Origin: Patescibacteria group bacterium
GTDB lineage: Bacteria > Patescibacteriota > Minisyncoccia > Phycocordibacterales > CAIZLB01
Length of the DNA stretch: 64,000 bases
Direction of reading: 5' to 3'
NCBI GenBank assembly: GCA_040384445.1
Contig: JAZKJG010000002.1
Location: 90,087 to 154,086 of the forward strand
In this document: in pieces, positions 19,422 to 27,042 of the stretch
Layout of the letters: each line of letters begins with the position of its first letter
How positions within the stretch are numbered: position 1 is the stretch's first letter
Program-made: the position numbers and the translations under genes
Notes under the pieces: generated by a model
Seen by the model: only the letters and a program-made list of their open reading frames with translations
Database searches by the model: none
What the model was told of the DNA's origin: nothing

Positions 19422-19667
19422 TTATCCGATAATACCAGCTTTCTTCAAAGTTGCGAATGCACCATTCTTTTGAATAGTCTTAATAGCCTTAGCTGAGATG
19501 TTCAATGTAATTGATTGACCTAGCTCTGGAACGAAGATTTTTTTCTTCTGGATATTTACATATCGACGTCGTTTTCCTCCAGGGTTAAATTGAGTGGCAC
19601 GAGTTCTGTTAGAATATGTACCCCCGTTTATTGAACTTTTTTGTGTGATTGCGCAAACTTTTGACAT
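19422..19667 (-). CDS. rpmB: 50S ribosomal protein L28
   Basis: MSKVCAITQKS...RRY..N...K...V.L.ISAKAIKTI pattern of bL28. Start set at the internal Met; the long upstream extension is spurious. Confidence 0.8.
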   Translation of the reverse strand: MSKVCAITQKSSINGGTYSNRTRATQFNPGGKRRRYVNIQKKKIFVPELGQSITLNISAKAIKTIQKNGAFATLKKAGIIG

Positions 19668-19702
19668 AGCATGGATATTAGCATGAAGGGAGGAATTAGG
19701 CA

Positions 19703-19744
19703 AATAAAAAAAGACCCCCCAAGCACACTGTGTGCAATGGGGGT
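19703..19744 (-). terminator. Strong rho-independent terminator on the minus strand, ending the ncRNA candidate
   Basis: Minus-strand CCCCCATTGCACACAGTGTGCTTGGGGGG hairpin followed by a T9 tract. Confidence 0.75.
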
Positions 19745-20072
19745 ATGAAGTTGTTGTTGTGAGAATACTGTACTTCATCGATAGTAGTCTCTAAAGCAAG
19801 GGTATCTAATATTTCGCGCTACATGGTTTGCTTTGTTTTCCATGGGCTAATCAGAGCTTACTTGTGTCGTTGCGCTTGGCTCTAAAGCGCTTGAATACTG
19901 GTCATAATGGCAAGGACGATCCTTGAATCTGGCAGTTTTCGTTTTAAAAGGGCTTCAGGTGTCTTGGACCGGCAATCGCACCGCAGCGCGAACTGGCCGG
20001 ATAGATATTAGTAAGAACTGCCTGAAGCATTCGGTGGGCTAGGTGTTACCCGAGGGTTTCACTTTTACCGAA
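19705..20072 (-). ncRNA. Candidate structured non-coding RNA (~370 nt), class unassigned; tmRNA, RNase P RNA or another large ncRNA are possible
   Basis: No ORF of >=60 aa within 19779-20164 on either strand, and GC clearly above neighbours. Consensus promoter TTGACA-17-TATATT on the minus strand (fwd 20080-20108) and a strong terminator (19703-19744). Many internal complementary segments, e.g. GCTTCAGG/CCTGAAGC, CAAGGA/TCCTTG, GCGCTT/AAGCGC with a possible pseudoknot AGAGC/GCTCT. Confidence 0.5.
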
Positions 20073-20079
20073 CATAAAT

Positions 20080-20108
20080 AATATACCCATAGTGCTATTA
20101 CTTGTCAA
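20080..20108 (-). promoter_or_regulatory. Near-consensus sigma70-type promoter for the ncRNA candidate
   Basis: Minus strand TTGACA, 17-nt spacer, TATATT. Confidence 0.6.
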
Positions 20109-20127
20109 GCACCACCCAACAAAATAA

Positions 20128-20160
20128 AAAGCCGCCCCACCCGTAGGTGGTTTGGCAATG
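20128..20160 (-). terminator. Intrinsic terminator after the lysozyme-like gene
   Basis: Minus strand GCC-aaa-CCACC-tacg-GGTGG-ggc-GGC hairpin followed by TTTTTATTTT. Confidence 0.5.
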
Positions 20161-20164
20161 TGAT

Positions 20165-20770
20165 TCACACTTTTCGCACAAAGGACTCTCCTTTATATAC
20201 GGCAAGCATAAATCTGAGTCTTCGTTGTAATCCAGCTTTCTCTGGACGATCTTCCTCATAATAGAGAGGCATGACATTCACGACACTTGAGTAGTTTCCG
20301 GAATTCAATCTTCCGGGACCATTCACAAGCTTTTTCAAGTTGTTCTTACCGGTATTTTGAGCGAAGAACACAAGCGCAGCCTCTTGTTCAGGACTAAGAG
20401 GAACCTTGACCGTTTTTCTAACAATCGAACGGTAGGTAAGCAGAGTAACGTTTTCATACCAGTTATCTGCCTGTTCTTTGGTCATCCTCCGAGGGAATTT
20501 AGAGCCAGGTGGCAATATTCCTTCAGCAACGGCATCTTCGATTTCGTCCGGAGTTACTCCGTACCCGATATCGTTGCTGGACGTAACAGTGACGATGTAC
20601 TTTTTGCCGGTGGCAAGAGGATAGTTCTCGTGTTTAGCGAGTTCTTGAACTGCCGCAGTAGGCAGTGGTGGCAGGCTCCGAATGAATTCAGGAGTCACGG
20701 CAGAGTGGACGCTCTCCACAAGGGAGAAGAGGTAGATTAGGATGGCTATAGGGATCAGAATTCTCATCAA
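20165..20770 (-). CDS. Secreted lysozyme-like muramidase (GH24 / phage-type lysozyme family)
   Basis: N-terminal signal peptide. Motifs E...IGYGVT and VPLSPEQEAALVFFAQNTG...LKKLVNG resemble the GH24 lysozyme core. Confidence 0.55.
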   Translation of the reverse strand: MMRILIPIAILIYLFSLVESVHSAVTPEFIRSLPPLPTAAVQELAKHENYPLATGKKYIVTVTSSNDIGYGVTPDEIEDAVAEGILPPGSKFPRRMTKEQADNWYENVTLLTYRSIVRKTVKVPLSPEQEAALVFFAQNTGKNNLKKLVNGPGRLNSGNYSSVVNVMPLYYEEDRPEKAGLQRRLRFMLAVYKGESFVRKV

Positions 20771-20902
20771 TAACTAATGTTCGGGTTGAATCTAAATTGC
20801 CTTTTTGTGCAAAATTTGTACAAAGGGGTAATCTTCTTGGGGTCCCAAGACAGTCTTCCAGAATGGAAGGTGAGATATATTTACCATAATCTATATTACA
20901 TC

Positions 20903-20930
20903 ACTTGTCAAGGCCCTTGCGTGGTATAAT
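20903..20930 (+). promoter_or_regulatory. Promoter with extended -10 (TGgTATAAT) placing the start site at the M50 gene ATG (leaderless)
   Basis: CACTTG, 13-nt spacer, TGgTATAAT. ATG at 20938, 7 nt after the -10. Confidence 0.5.
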
Positions 20931-20937
20931 ATTTTCC

Positions 20938-21531
20938 ATGTCTATAATCACATTAGCTATCCTTATTGTTTCAATTATTGCTCATGAAGTAGCGCACGGT
21001 ATTGCTGCACTTTGGCAAGGTGATCCCACTGCAAAACATGCAGGCAGATTAACATTGAACCCTGTTCCTCATATTGATCCTGTTGGTTCAATAATGGTCC
21101 CACTTGTGTGTGCTGTGTTGTCTCCAGGGTTTATGTTTGGATGGGCAAAACCTGTTCCTATAAATCCATATAACTTTAGAAATCAGAGATGGGGAGAGGC
21201 TCTTGTTGCATTTGCTGGTCCACTTATAAATATTATTATCGCTCTTGTGTTTACGGCATTCATTCGCTCTGGAGAATTTGGATATGCGTTTACGCAGTTT
21301 GCAATTTCTGCAATTGTAATCAACGTAGTACTTGCATTCTTTAACTTGATTCCAATTCCACCACTAGATGGATCAAAGATTTTATTTTCAGTGTTACCTG
21401 ATCGATATTATCGATTTAAAACCTGGGTTGAGCAAAAGGGGTTTTTGATTAGTATTGTGATTGTGTTACTGGCGTGGCAGTTTTTGGCACCGGCTGCATT
21501 GTATTTGGTTGGAGTGTTGATTGGGTCATAA
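20938..21531 (+). CDS. Site-2 protease family (peptidase M50) membrane metalloprotease
   Basis: HEVAHG zinc motif in a TM helix. NLIPIPPLDGSKI (LDG) motif. Multi-TM. Confidence 0.75.
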   Translation: MSIITLAILIVSIIAHEVAHGIAALWQGDPTAKHAGRLTLNPVPHIDPVGSIMVPLVCAVLSPGFMFGWAKPVPINPYNFRNQRWGEALVAFAGPLINIIIALVFTAFIRSGEFGYAFTQFAISAIVINVVLAFFNLIPIPPLDGSKILFSVLPDRYYRFKTWVEQKGFLISIVIVLLAWQFLAPAALYLVGVLIGS

Positions 21532-21575
21532 AAAACACCCGGCTCGGTTGAGCCGGGGTTGGGGTGGATTTTTTA
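21531..21575. terminator. Bidirectional terminator
   Basis: ACCCGGCTC-ggtt-GAGCCGGGG hairpin flanked by A-tract and T-tract, between convergent genes. Confidence 0.6.
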
Positions 21576-22271
21576 AAAATTTCTGTCATATGAATCTGGG
21601 TGACCGAGTCCTGGTGGTTTTAGTTTTCGTTCGCAATCATGAACATATTCTTCCATTGGAGGAATGATAAGTCCTGTCTTTGAAACAAGCATTGTTGCGA
21701 GCTCGTCATATCCATGAATTCGCCAGCTCCTAATATTTTCATTGAAATCTGTTGGAAGCTCGAACATTGTTGCTAATCTTTGCAAGATGCGAGGAGATAT
21801 AGTAGGGCTCATGCACTCGGGGTGTAAAATATCCGTTGCAAGATCAAAGGTGATTCCTAACCTGGTTAAAACTTTTTCTAGGCTTTTATCAGCCAAGAAT
21901 CCAAGAGGAAAAAATTTTCCTTTGGTTGCAACAGAAATCAGGGCCCAGGCACCAATTTGTTTCATCTGGAGAGGAAAGTTGCACATTACACTATCAAAGA
22001 AATATCTGGCCCACATATCGTTGAAAACAGAATTGAATGTAACGACTGGAACCGGTTGCCTTTGAATGTAGTCTCTAGCGAAAATGGTGAGTGGTTCATT
22101 ACATGCTTCTAGATTATCCCAACATTTTTTTACTTGCTGGGCGACAAGCTTCTCAATTGCTCCTTGGGATGCTTTTTTATGTTGAGTATCGAGGTCCTGA
22201 AGTTCACCGGGGCGTAAAGGTCTCATTTCAACAACTGGTGTTTCTTGTCCGGGTGTGGTTGTTACTGTCAT
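21573..22271 (-). CDS. Hypothetical protein
   Basis: 232-aa ORF with no recognisable motif. Confidence 0.45.
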   Translation of the reverse strand: MTVTTTPGQETPVVEMRPLRPGELQDLDTQHKKASQGAIEKLVAQQVKKCWDNLEACNEPLTIFARDYIQRQPVPVVTFNSVFNDMWARYFFDSVMCNFPLQMKQIGAWALISVATKGKFFPLGFLADKSLEKVLTRLGITFDLATDILHPECMSPTISPRILQRLATMFELPTDFNENIRSWRIHGYDELATMLVSKTGLIIPPMEEYVHDCERKLKPPGLGHPDSYDRNF

Positions 22272-22387
22272 AATGGAAGTGGTTAAAGTTACATGTGATC
22301 CATCTCATAAACTACACCCAGACCTCTACCACGTCAAATACCACATATCTCTTGCAAAAGCCTTAAAAATATAGTACATTAACCCGC

Positions 22388-22810
22388 ATGCCGACATTAA
22401 ATCAATTAGTTAAGAGAAATCGTTCAAAGGTAGGACGGAAGAGTAAAGCTATTGCCCTTACACGAGGATTCAATACTCTACAAAACCGACCAATTTTCTA
22501 CAACTCACCTTTTAAAAGAGGTGTGTGTACAAAGGTAACTACAAAAACTCCAAAGAAGCCTAACTCAGCCGTTCGAAAGATCTGCAGAGTTCGACTTACA
22601 AACGGATTTGAAGTTACTGCCTACATCGGAGGAGAAGGACATAACCTACAAGAGCACTCAGTAGTTCTACTACGAGGTGGTCGAGTAAAGGACGTTGGAA
22701 TTCGATACACTGTTGTTCGAGGAAAGCTCGACTGTGCAGGAGTAGAGAAACGACGAAAAGTTCGATCTATGTACGGTACAAAAAAGCCAAAAGCTGCAGT
22801 TAAGAAATAA
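22388..22810 (+). CDS. rpsL: 30S ribosomal protein S12
   Basis: PTLNQL..., [19 protein letters not shown] motifs. Confidence 0.9.
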   Translation: MPTLNQLVKRNRSKVGRKSKAIALTRGFNTLQNRPIFYNSPFKRGVCTKVTTKTPKKPNSAVRKICRVRLTNGFEVTAYIGGEGHNLQEHSVVLLRGGRVKDVGIRYTVVRGKLDCAGVEKRRKVRSMYGTKKPKAAVKK

Positions 22811-22926
22811 AAGATCTTTGAACGAGATTTTGAAACAAAAAATCCACAATCCGGAGTACTGTTGAAAAACAGGAACAAAATTCTACAACGGGTGGTACTT
22901 ATACAAATTAAATAAATTATAAATAT

Positions 22927-23397
22927 ATGCGAAGAAAAGTAAAAAATCGAAATGTTGCTGGAGTTGATCCAAAGTTCAATTCAGAAACTCTAGGTAAATT
23001 CATAAACTACACTATGTGGGACGGTAAAAAAGTTACTGCACGAGGAGTTGTATATGACATGCTAGAAGTTCTTAAAGCAAAAGCTAATACAGAGAATCCT
23101 CTTGAAGTTTTTGATACAGCTATTAAAAATGTATCACCTCAAGTTGAGGTTCGATCAAGACGAGTTGGAGGAGCGAACTATCAGGTTCCTTACGAGATCC
23201 GTCCTGAGAGAAAAACATTCCTAGCTATGAATTGGATCATTGGAGCTGCTCGAAGTAAAAAAGGAAAGCCAATGCACCTAAAACTTGCTGATGAAATAAT
23301 GGCAGCAACAAAAGGAGAAGGAGAAGCTATGAAGAAGAAAGAGAACACTCACAAAATGGCGGAAGCGAACAAAGCGTTTGCTCACATGGCGTGGTAG
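22927..23397 (+). CDS. rpsG: 30S ribosomal protein S7
   Basis: uS7 family pattern (GKK..A..IVY.A...I; QVEVRSRRVGGANYQVP). Confidence 0.9.
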   Translation: MRRKVKNRNVAGVDPKFNSETLGKFINYTMWDGKKVTARGVVYDMLEVLKAKANTENPLEVFDTAIKNVSPQVEVRSRRVGGANYQVPYEIRPERKTFLAMNWIIGAARSKKGKPMHLKLADEIMAATKGEGEAMKKKENTHKMAEANKAFAHMAW

Positions 23398-23467
23398 TTT
23401 ACTTATAAACAAAAACACCTTGGGTAATACTGGGGTGTTTTTGTTTTGTTGGTGTTATACTCACATC

Positions 23468-24205
23468 ATGACATTTCCACTCCCAATCGAATTTCATTTC
23501 CTCACAGACGTACTCTCAATTTTTATTGCATACAGATATTATCTGTATTTAAAAAGTAAAACAGGAGATTTTCTACCTGAAGACACTCGCTTTGTAACAA
23601 TAGTTGGAGCTGCAACCGGAGCACTTATAGGTTCAAGATTACTTGCATTTATAGAACACTTTGAAACCGCATCTCAATTATCTTGGATGTATATATTTTC
23701 AAGTAAAACAATAGTGGGAGGGGTAATAGGTGGAATTATTGGAGTTGAGATTGCAAAAAAGTTTTTAAAAATTAAAACTGCAACTGGAGACCTATTAACA
23801 TTTCCATTAATTCTTGGAATTATTATTGGACGAATTGGATGTTTCTTTACAGGAGTATTTGATGGGACTGTTGGAAATGTAACCACAATGCCATGGGGAA
23901 TGAATCTTGGAGATGGATTGATTCGCCATCCGACATCGTTATATGAAATTATTTTCTTAGTGATTATGTTTTATGTATTAAAGAAAATTTCGAAAGGTGT
24001 GCCAATGAAGCCAGGGTTACTATTTAGATTATTTGTTGCATCATATTTAGTGTTCAGATTCTGTATTGAATATATTAAACCAATTACTCCTTTGTTTATA
24101 GGTTTATCTGCAATACAGCTAGCTAGTCTCGTATTTGCTTTGTACTATATATATTCAATTGTATTCGTATATGGTTATAGACCGTTTAATGTAAAAGAGG
24201 TATAG
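23468..24205 (+). CDS. lgt: Prolipoprotein diacylglyceryl transferase
   Basis: Lgt signature GRIGCFFTG and HPTSLYE. Multi-TM. Start set at the internal Met. Confidence 0.7.
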   Translation: MTFPLPIEFHFLTDVLSIFIAYRYYLYLKSKTGDFLPEDTRFVTIVGAATGALIGSRLLAFIEHFETASQLSWMYIFSSKTIVGGVIGGIIGVEIAKKFLKIKTATGDLLTFPLILGIIIGRIGCFFTGVFDGTVGNVTTMPWGMNLGDGLIRHPTSLYEIIFLVIMFYVLKKISKGVPMKPGLLFRLFVASYLVFRFCIEYIKPITPLFIGLSAIQLASLVFALYYIYSIVFVYGYRPFNVKEV

Positions 24206-24212
24206 TTACCGT

Positions 24213-24692
24213 ATGATTAATCCTCAAATAATAGAGTATATTAGAGCTGAAACAGCTAAAGGTACTCCAAGAGATACGATAATTAAGAATTTAACCACAA
24301 GTGGAGGATGGGCTTTCTCAGATGTTGAAAGTCATTTAATAGCTTTTGATAAGGGAGAGTTTCCAGTAAGTCCTATTTCAAATCCTGCATCAAGTATTAA
24401 TACAGAGATTTCTAAACCGAATGTTCGTAAAAACTCAATCATCAAGATTAACATTTTAATTTTTTTGGCGATGGCTGTAGTTATTATTGTACTGCAAGAG
24501 GAAGGTGCTGTTTTGATGTCACTTATGTTCTTTCATGCGGCAATAATGTTTCTAGGAGCAATTCTTGATGGGATCAGAGGTTTAGTTACTAAAAAAAAGA
24601 CAAATGCATTTGAATTCTTAGCAACGTTCGCTCTTATGGGAATAACAGGACTTGGTACCTGTTTTCTATGTCTTGCAGTGCAAGGGATGTAG
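24213..24692 (+). CDS. Hypothetical membrane protein
   Basis: Three predicted TM helices in the C-terminal half. Confidence 0.45.
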   Translation: MINPQIIEYIRAETAKGTPRDTIIKNLTTSGGWAFSDVESHLIAFDKGEFPVSPISNPASSINTEISKPNVRKNSIIKINILIFLAMAVVIIVLQEEGAVLMSLMFFHAAIMFLGAILDGIRGLVTKKKTNAFEFLATFALMGITGLGTCFLCLAVQGM

Positions 24693-24742
24693 CAATGTGT
24701 TAGTATCACTGTGGATCTAAAACATTTACAGAAAGGTTACAC

Positions 24743-26131
24743 ATGAGCGCTATACAAGAACTTTTAATCGAAGGCTTTGTTAAAAAAACTATAAGCAAGT
24801 GCTTAGTCTGCGAGACACGATGTCCTGCAGAAGTCATAAGTCAAAAATCACAAGACGGAAAGGAATTGATCGTGATGAGACGTACTTGCCCACAACATGG
24901 AACAACAGATGTTGTGATCGGTGATGCTAAATTCTATTGGCATGCCGAAGGGCCTGTTAATAAAGAAGGTTGCGGATGTGGACCAGGAAAAGCTTGTTGC
25001 GTGTCACCAGAAGGAAAAGATGGGACACTGGGGAAAAATGCTACAGCTCCTGACGAAATACTTTCTTTGCCTGAACAGCTTTCGACTTGCCTTGCGCTTA
25101 TCGAAATTGTTGATTCTTGCAATCTTAAGTGTCCAACTTGCTTTGCTGCATCTCCCCATGGAATTGGTGTGAATACTAAGTTCCACTCGTTTGATTTTCT
25201 TACTGGAAATATTGATAGTGTGATCGGTCGAAAACATAAGATCGAAATACTTCAGTTTTCGGGTGGGGAACCTACGATTCACCCTGAATTCTTCCGTTTA
25301 GTACAGTGGGTTATTGCTCATCCGCACATTGAAGTGTTGCTGATTAACACCAATGGTGTTCGCCTTGCTTCTGATCCTGAATTTATGAAAGAGTTCGGTA
25401 AAATCATGATGCTTGAAAATGCGGCACAAAAAATTCAACTTTATCTCCAATACGATGGTCCGCAACTTGCGGGACAAAAAGAATTGAGAGGGGCTGATTT
25501 GCGTGCGATGCGCACAAAGGCAATTCGAGGTTGCGAAGAGATTGGTTTACCTATCACGCTCGCGATGACCGTCACGCGACTAAATCTTGATCATCTCTGG
25601 GAGGCAACTGAATTCGCGATTCCGTTTGAAAATATTCGCGGAATCAGTTTCCAACCAGAATTCCTTGCTGGGAGAAATCCTGGGAAGGAAGATGCATCAC
25701 ATGTGCCAATCAACGTTGCTGATGTCATTAACGGGCTTGTCACCCAATCACATGGAAAAATAATGACAGATGATTTCACTACTTTACCTTGTGGTGACCC
25801 TAACTGTGCAATTATTGGTTGGGGATTCAGGATGATGGGTCGTATTTTCTCACCGAAGAAATTCGGAGTGGAAATCTCAAAAATCCAAGCTAGTCTTCGA
25901 GATAGAATTCATTATAATCTGGAAGACTTGAAGCAGTGTGGTTGTGAGAATTCCAGACTTGGTGACATTATGAAGAGATTGGAAAACCCGATCGCTCGAG
26001 CGTTCCGTTTCTTCATAAAACCATTTATGGATAAATACTCATGGGATGACCACCGGCTCGCAAGATGCTGTACTCATGTTATTACTCCAGACAGGAGACT
26101 TGTGTCCTTCTGTGAGTACTACTCAAGCTAA
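24743..26131 (+). CDS. Radical SAM enzyme with an N-terminal Cys-rich (zinc-ribbon-like) extension
   Basis: CNLKCPTC (CxxxCxxC) radical-SAM cluster motif and SGGEP glycine-rich SAM motif. N-terminal CLVCETRC...CPQHG and GCGCGPGKACC clusters. GC higher than neighbours. Confidence 0.7.
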   Translation: MSAIQELLIEGFVKKTISKCLVCETRCPAEVISQKSQDGKELIVMRRTCPQHGTTDVVIGDAKFYWHAEGPVNKEGCGCGPGKACCVSPEGKDGTLGKNATAPDEILSLPEQLSTCLALIEIVDSCNLKCPTCFAASPHGIGVNTKFHSFDFLTGNIDSVIGRKHKIEILQFSGGEPTIHPEFFRLVQWVIAHPHIEVLLINTNGVRLASDPEFMKEFGKIMMLENAAQKIQLYLQYDGPQLAGQKELRGADLRAMRTKAIRGCEEIGLPITLAMTVTRLNLDHLWEATEFAIPFENIRGISFQPEFLAGRNPGKEDASHVPINVADVINGLVTQSHGKIMTDDFTTLPCGDPNCAIIGWGFRMMGRIFSPKKFGVEISKIQASLRDRIHYNLEDLKQCGCENSRLGDIMKRLENPIARAFRFFIKPFMDKYSWDDHRLARCCTHVITPDRRLVSFCEYYSS

Positions 26132-26140
26132 ATATTGTTT

Positions 26141-26182
26141 CAATCGGCCTACCCGGGTTTTCTCGGGTAGGTTTTTATTTTG
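26141..26182 (+). terminator. Rho-independent terminator
   Basis: CCTACCCGGGTTTTCTCGGGTAGG hairpin followed by TTTTTATTTT. Confidence 0.7.
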
Positions 26183-26199
26183 GATGGTATACTTTACGC

Positions 26200-27042
26200 A
26201 TGTACATCCTCCTACAAATACTCAAACTCTTCGCCAAACTACTTGTATATATTGTGCTCATTCTCATCATTGTATTTACAACTTCAAACATCATCACCAC
26301 CCCCTCAAACACTCGAGACTGGAACACTGATCAAACAACTCTCCCATATGCAGATATAAAAGGAAATGAAATAACAATCTACAACGTCCGAAATTTTACA
26401 TACGCATCAACAACAAGCTTTACAGAAAACTATTACGACAAAACATTTGATGTACAAAAACTAAAAAGAGTTTGGTACATCGTAGAACCATTTTCAGGAA
26501 TTCCAGGTTCTGCACATACTTTCTTAAGTTTTGAATTTGAAGATAATCAATTTGTGGCAGTATCAGTAGAGATACGAAAAGAGAAAGGGGAATCATTTCA
26601 CCCTGTAAAAGGTTTATTTAATCAGTACGAACTTATGTACGTATGGGGAGATGAAAAAGATTTAGTTAAGCTTCGATCAAACTATAGAAAAGATGAGGTG
26701 TATGTGTATCCAATTAAAACAACTGAAGAAAAAGCCCGAGCTTTGTTTACAGATATGATCGCTCGAACAAATGAGTTGTATATTCATCCAGAGTTTTACA
26801 ACACAGTTACAAACACATGTACGACAAACATAGTGAAGCATGTAAATGAAGTGACACCAAAGAAAATAAAGATGATCAACAAGAGCGTGATGTTTCCTGA
26901 AAGTTCAGATGAGTTGGCATATAACTTAGGTATGATTGACACAGCGCTTACATTCCCTGAAGCTCGTACACGATTTCATATAAATGAAAAAGCCTTGAAG
27001 TACGCTGACGACAAGGATTTCTCAACTAAGATTAGAGAGTAA
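26200..27042 (+). CDS. DUF4105 (Lnb N-terminal periplasmic domain) family protein
   Basis: N-terminal TM. YNTVTNTCTTN motif typical of DUF4105. Confidence 0.5.
   Translation: MYILLQILKLFAKLLVYIVLILIIVFTTSNIITTPSNTRDWNTDQTTLPYADIKGNEITIYNVRNFTYASTTSFTENYYDKTFDVQKLKRVWYIVEPFSGIPGSAHTFLSFEFEDNQFVAVSVEIRKEKGESFHPVKGLFNQYELMYVWGDEKDLVKLRSNYRKDEVYVYPIKTTEEKARALFTDMIARTNELYIHPEFYNTVTNTCTTNIVKHVNEVTPKKIKMINKSVMFPESSDELAYNLGMIDTALTFPEARTRFHINEKALKYADDKDFSTKIRE

Noticed and set aside
19668-19778. N-terminal extension of the rpmB ORF (118-aa version)
   Set aside because: The extension runs through a strong terminator hairpin and contains no L28 homology. A TTGCCT-17-TAATAT promoter places the start at the internal MSKVCAIT Met.
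19779-20164. RNase P RNA or tmRNA identity for the ncRNA candidate
   Set aside because: I could not find the universal P4 strands (AGGAAAGUCC / ACAGA(A)CCCGGCUUA) on either strand, nor a tmRNA tRNA-like 3' domain (GGUUCGAnUCC...CCA) or a convincing tag reading frame. The class is left unassigned rather than named.
26046-26330. 94-aa His-rich plus-strand ORF
   Set aside because: Overlaps the 3' end of the radical-SAM gene and the 5' end of the DUF4105 gene in another frame. No support.
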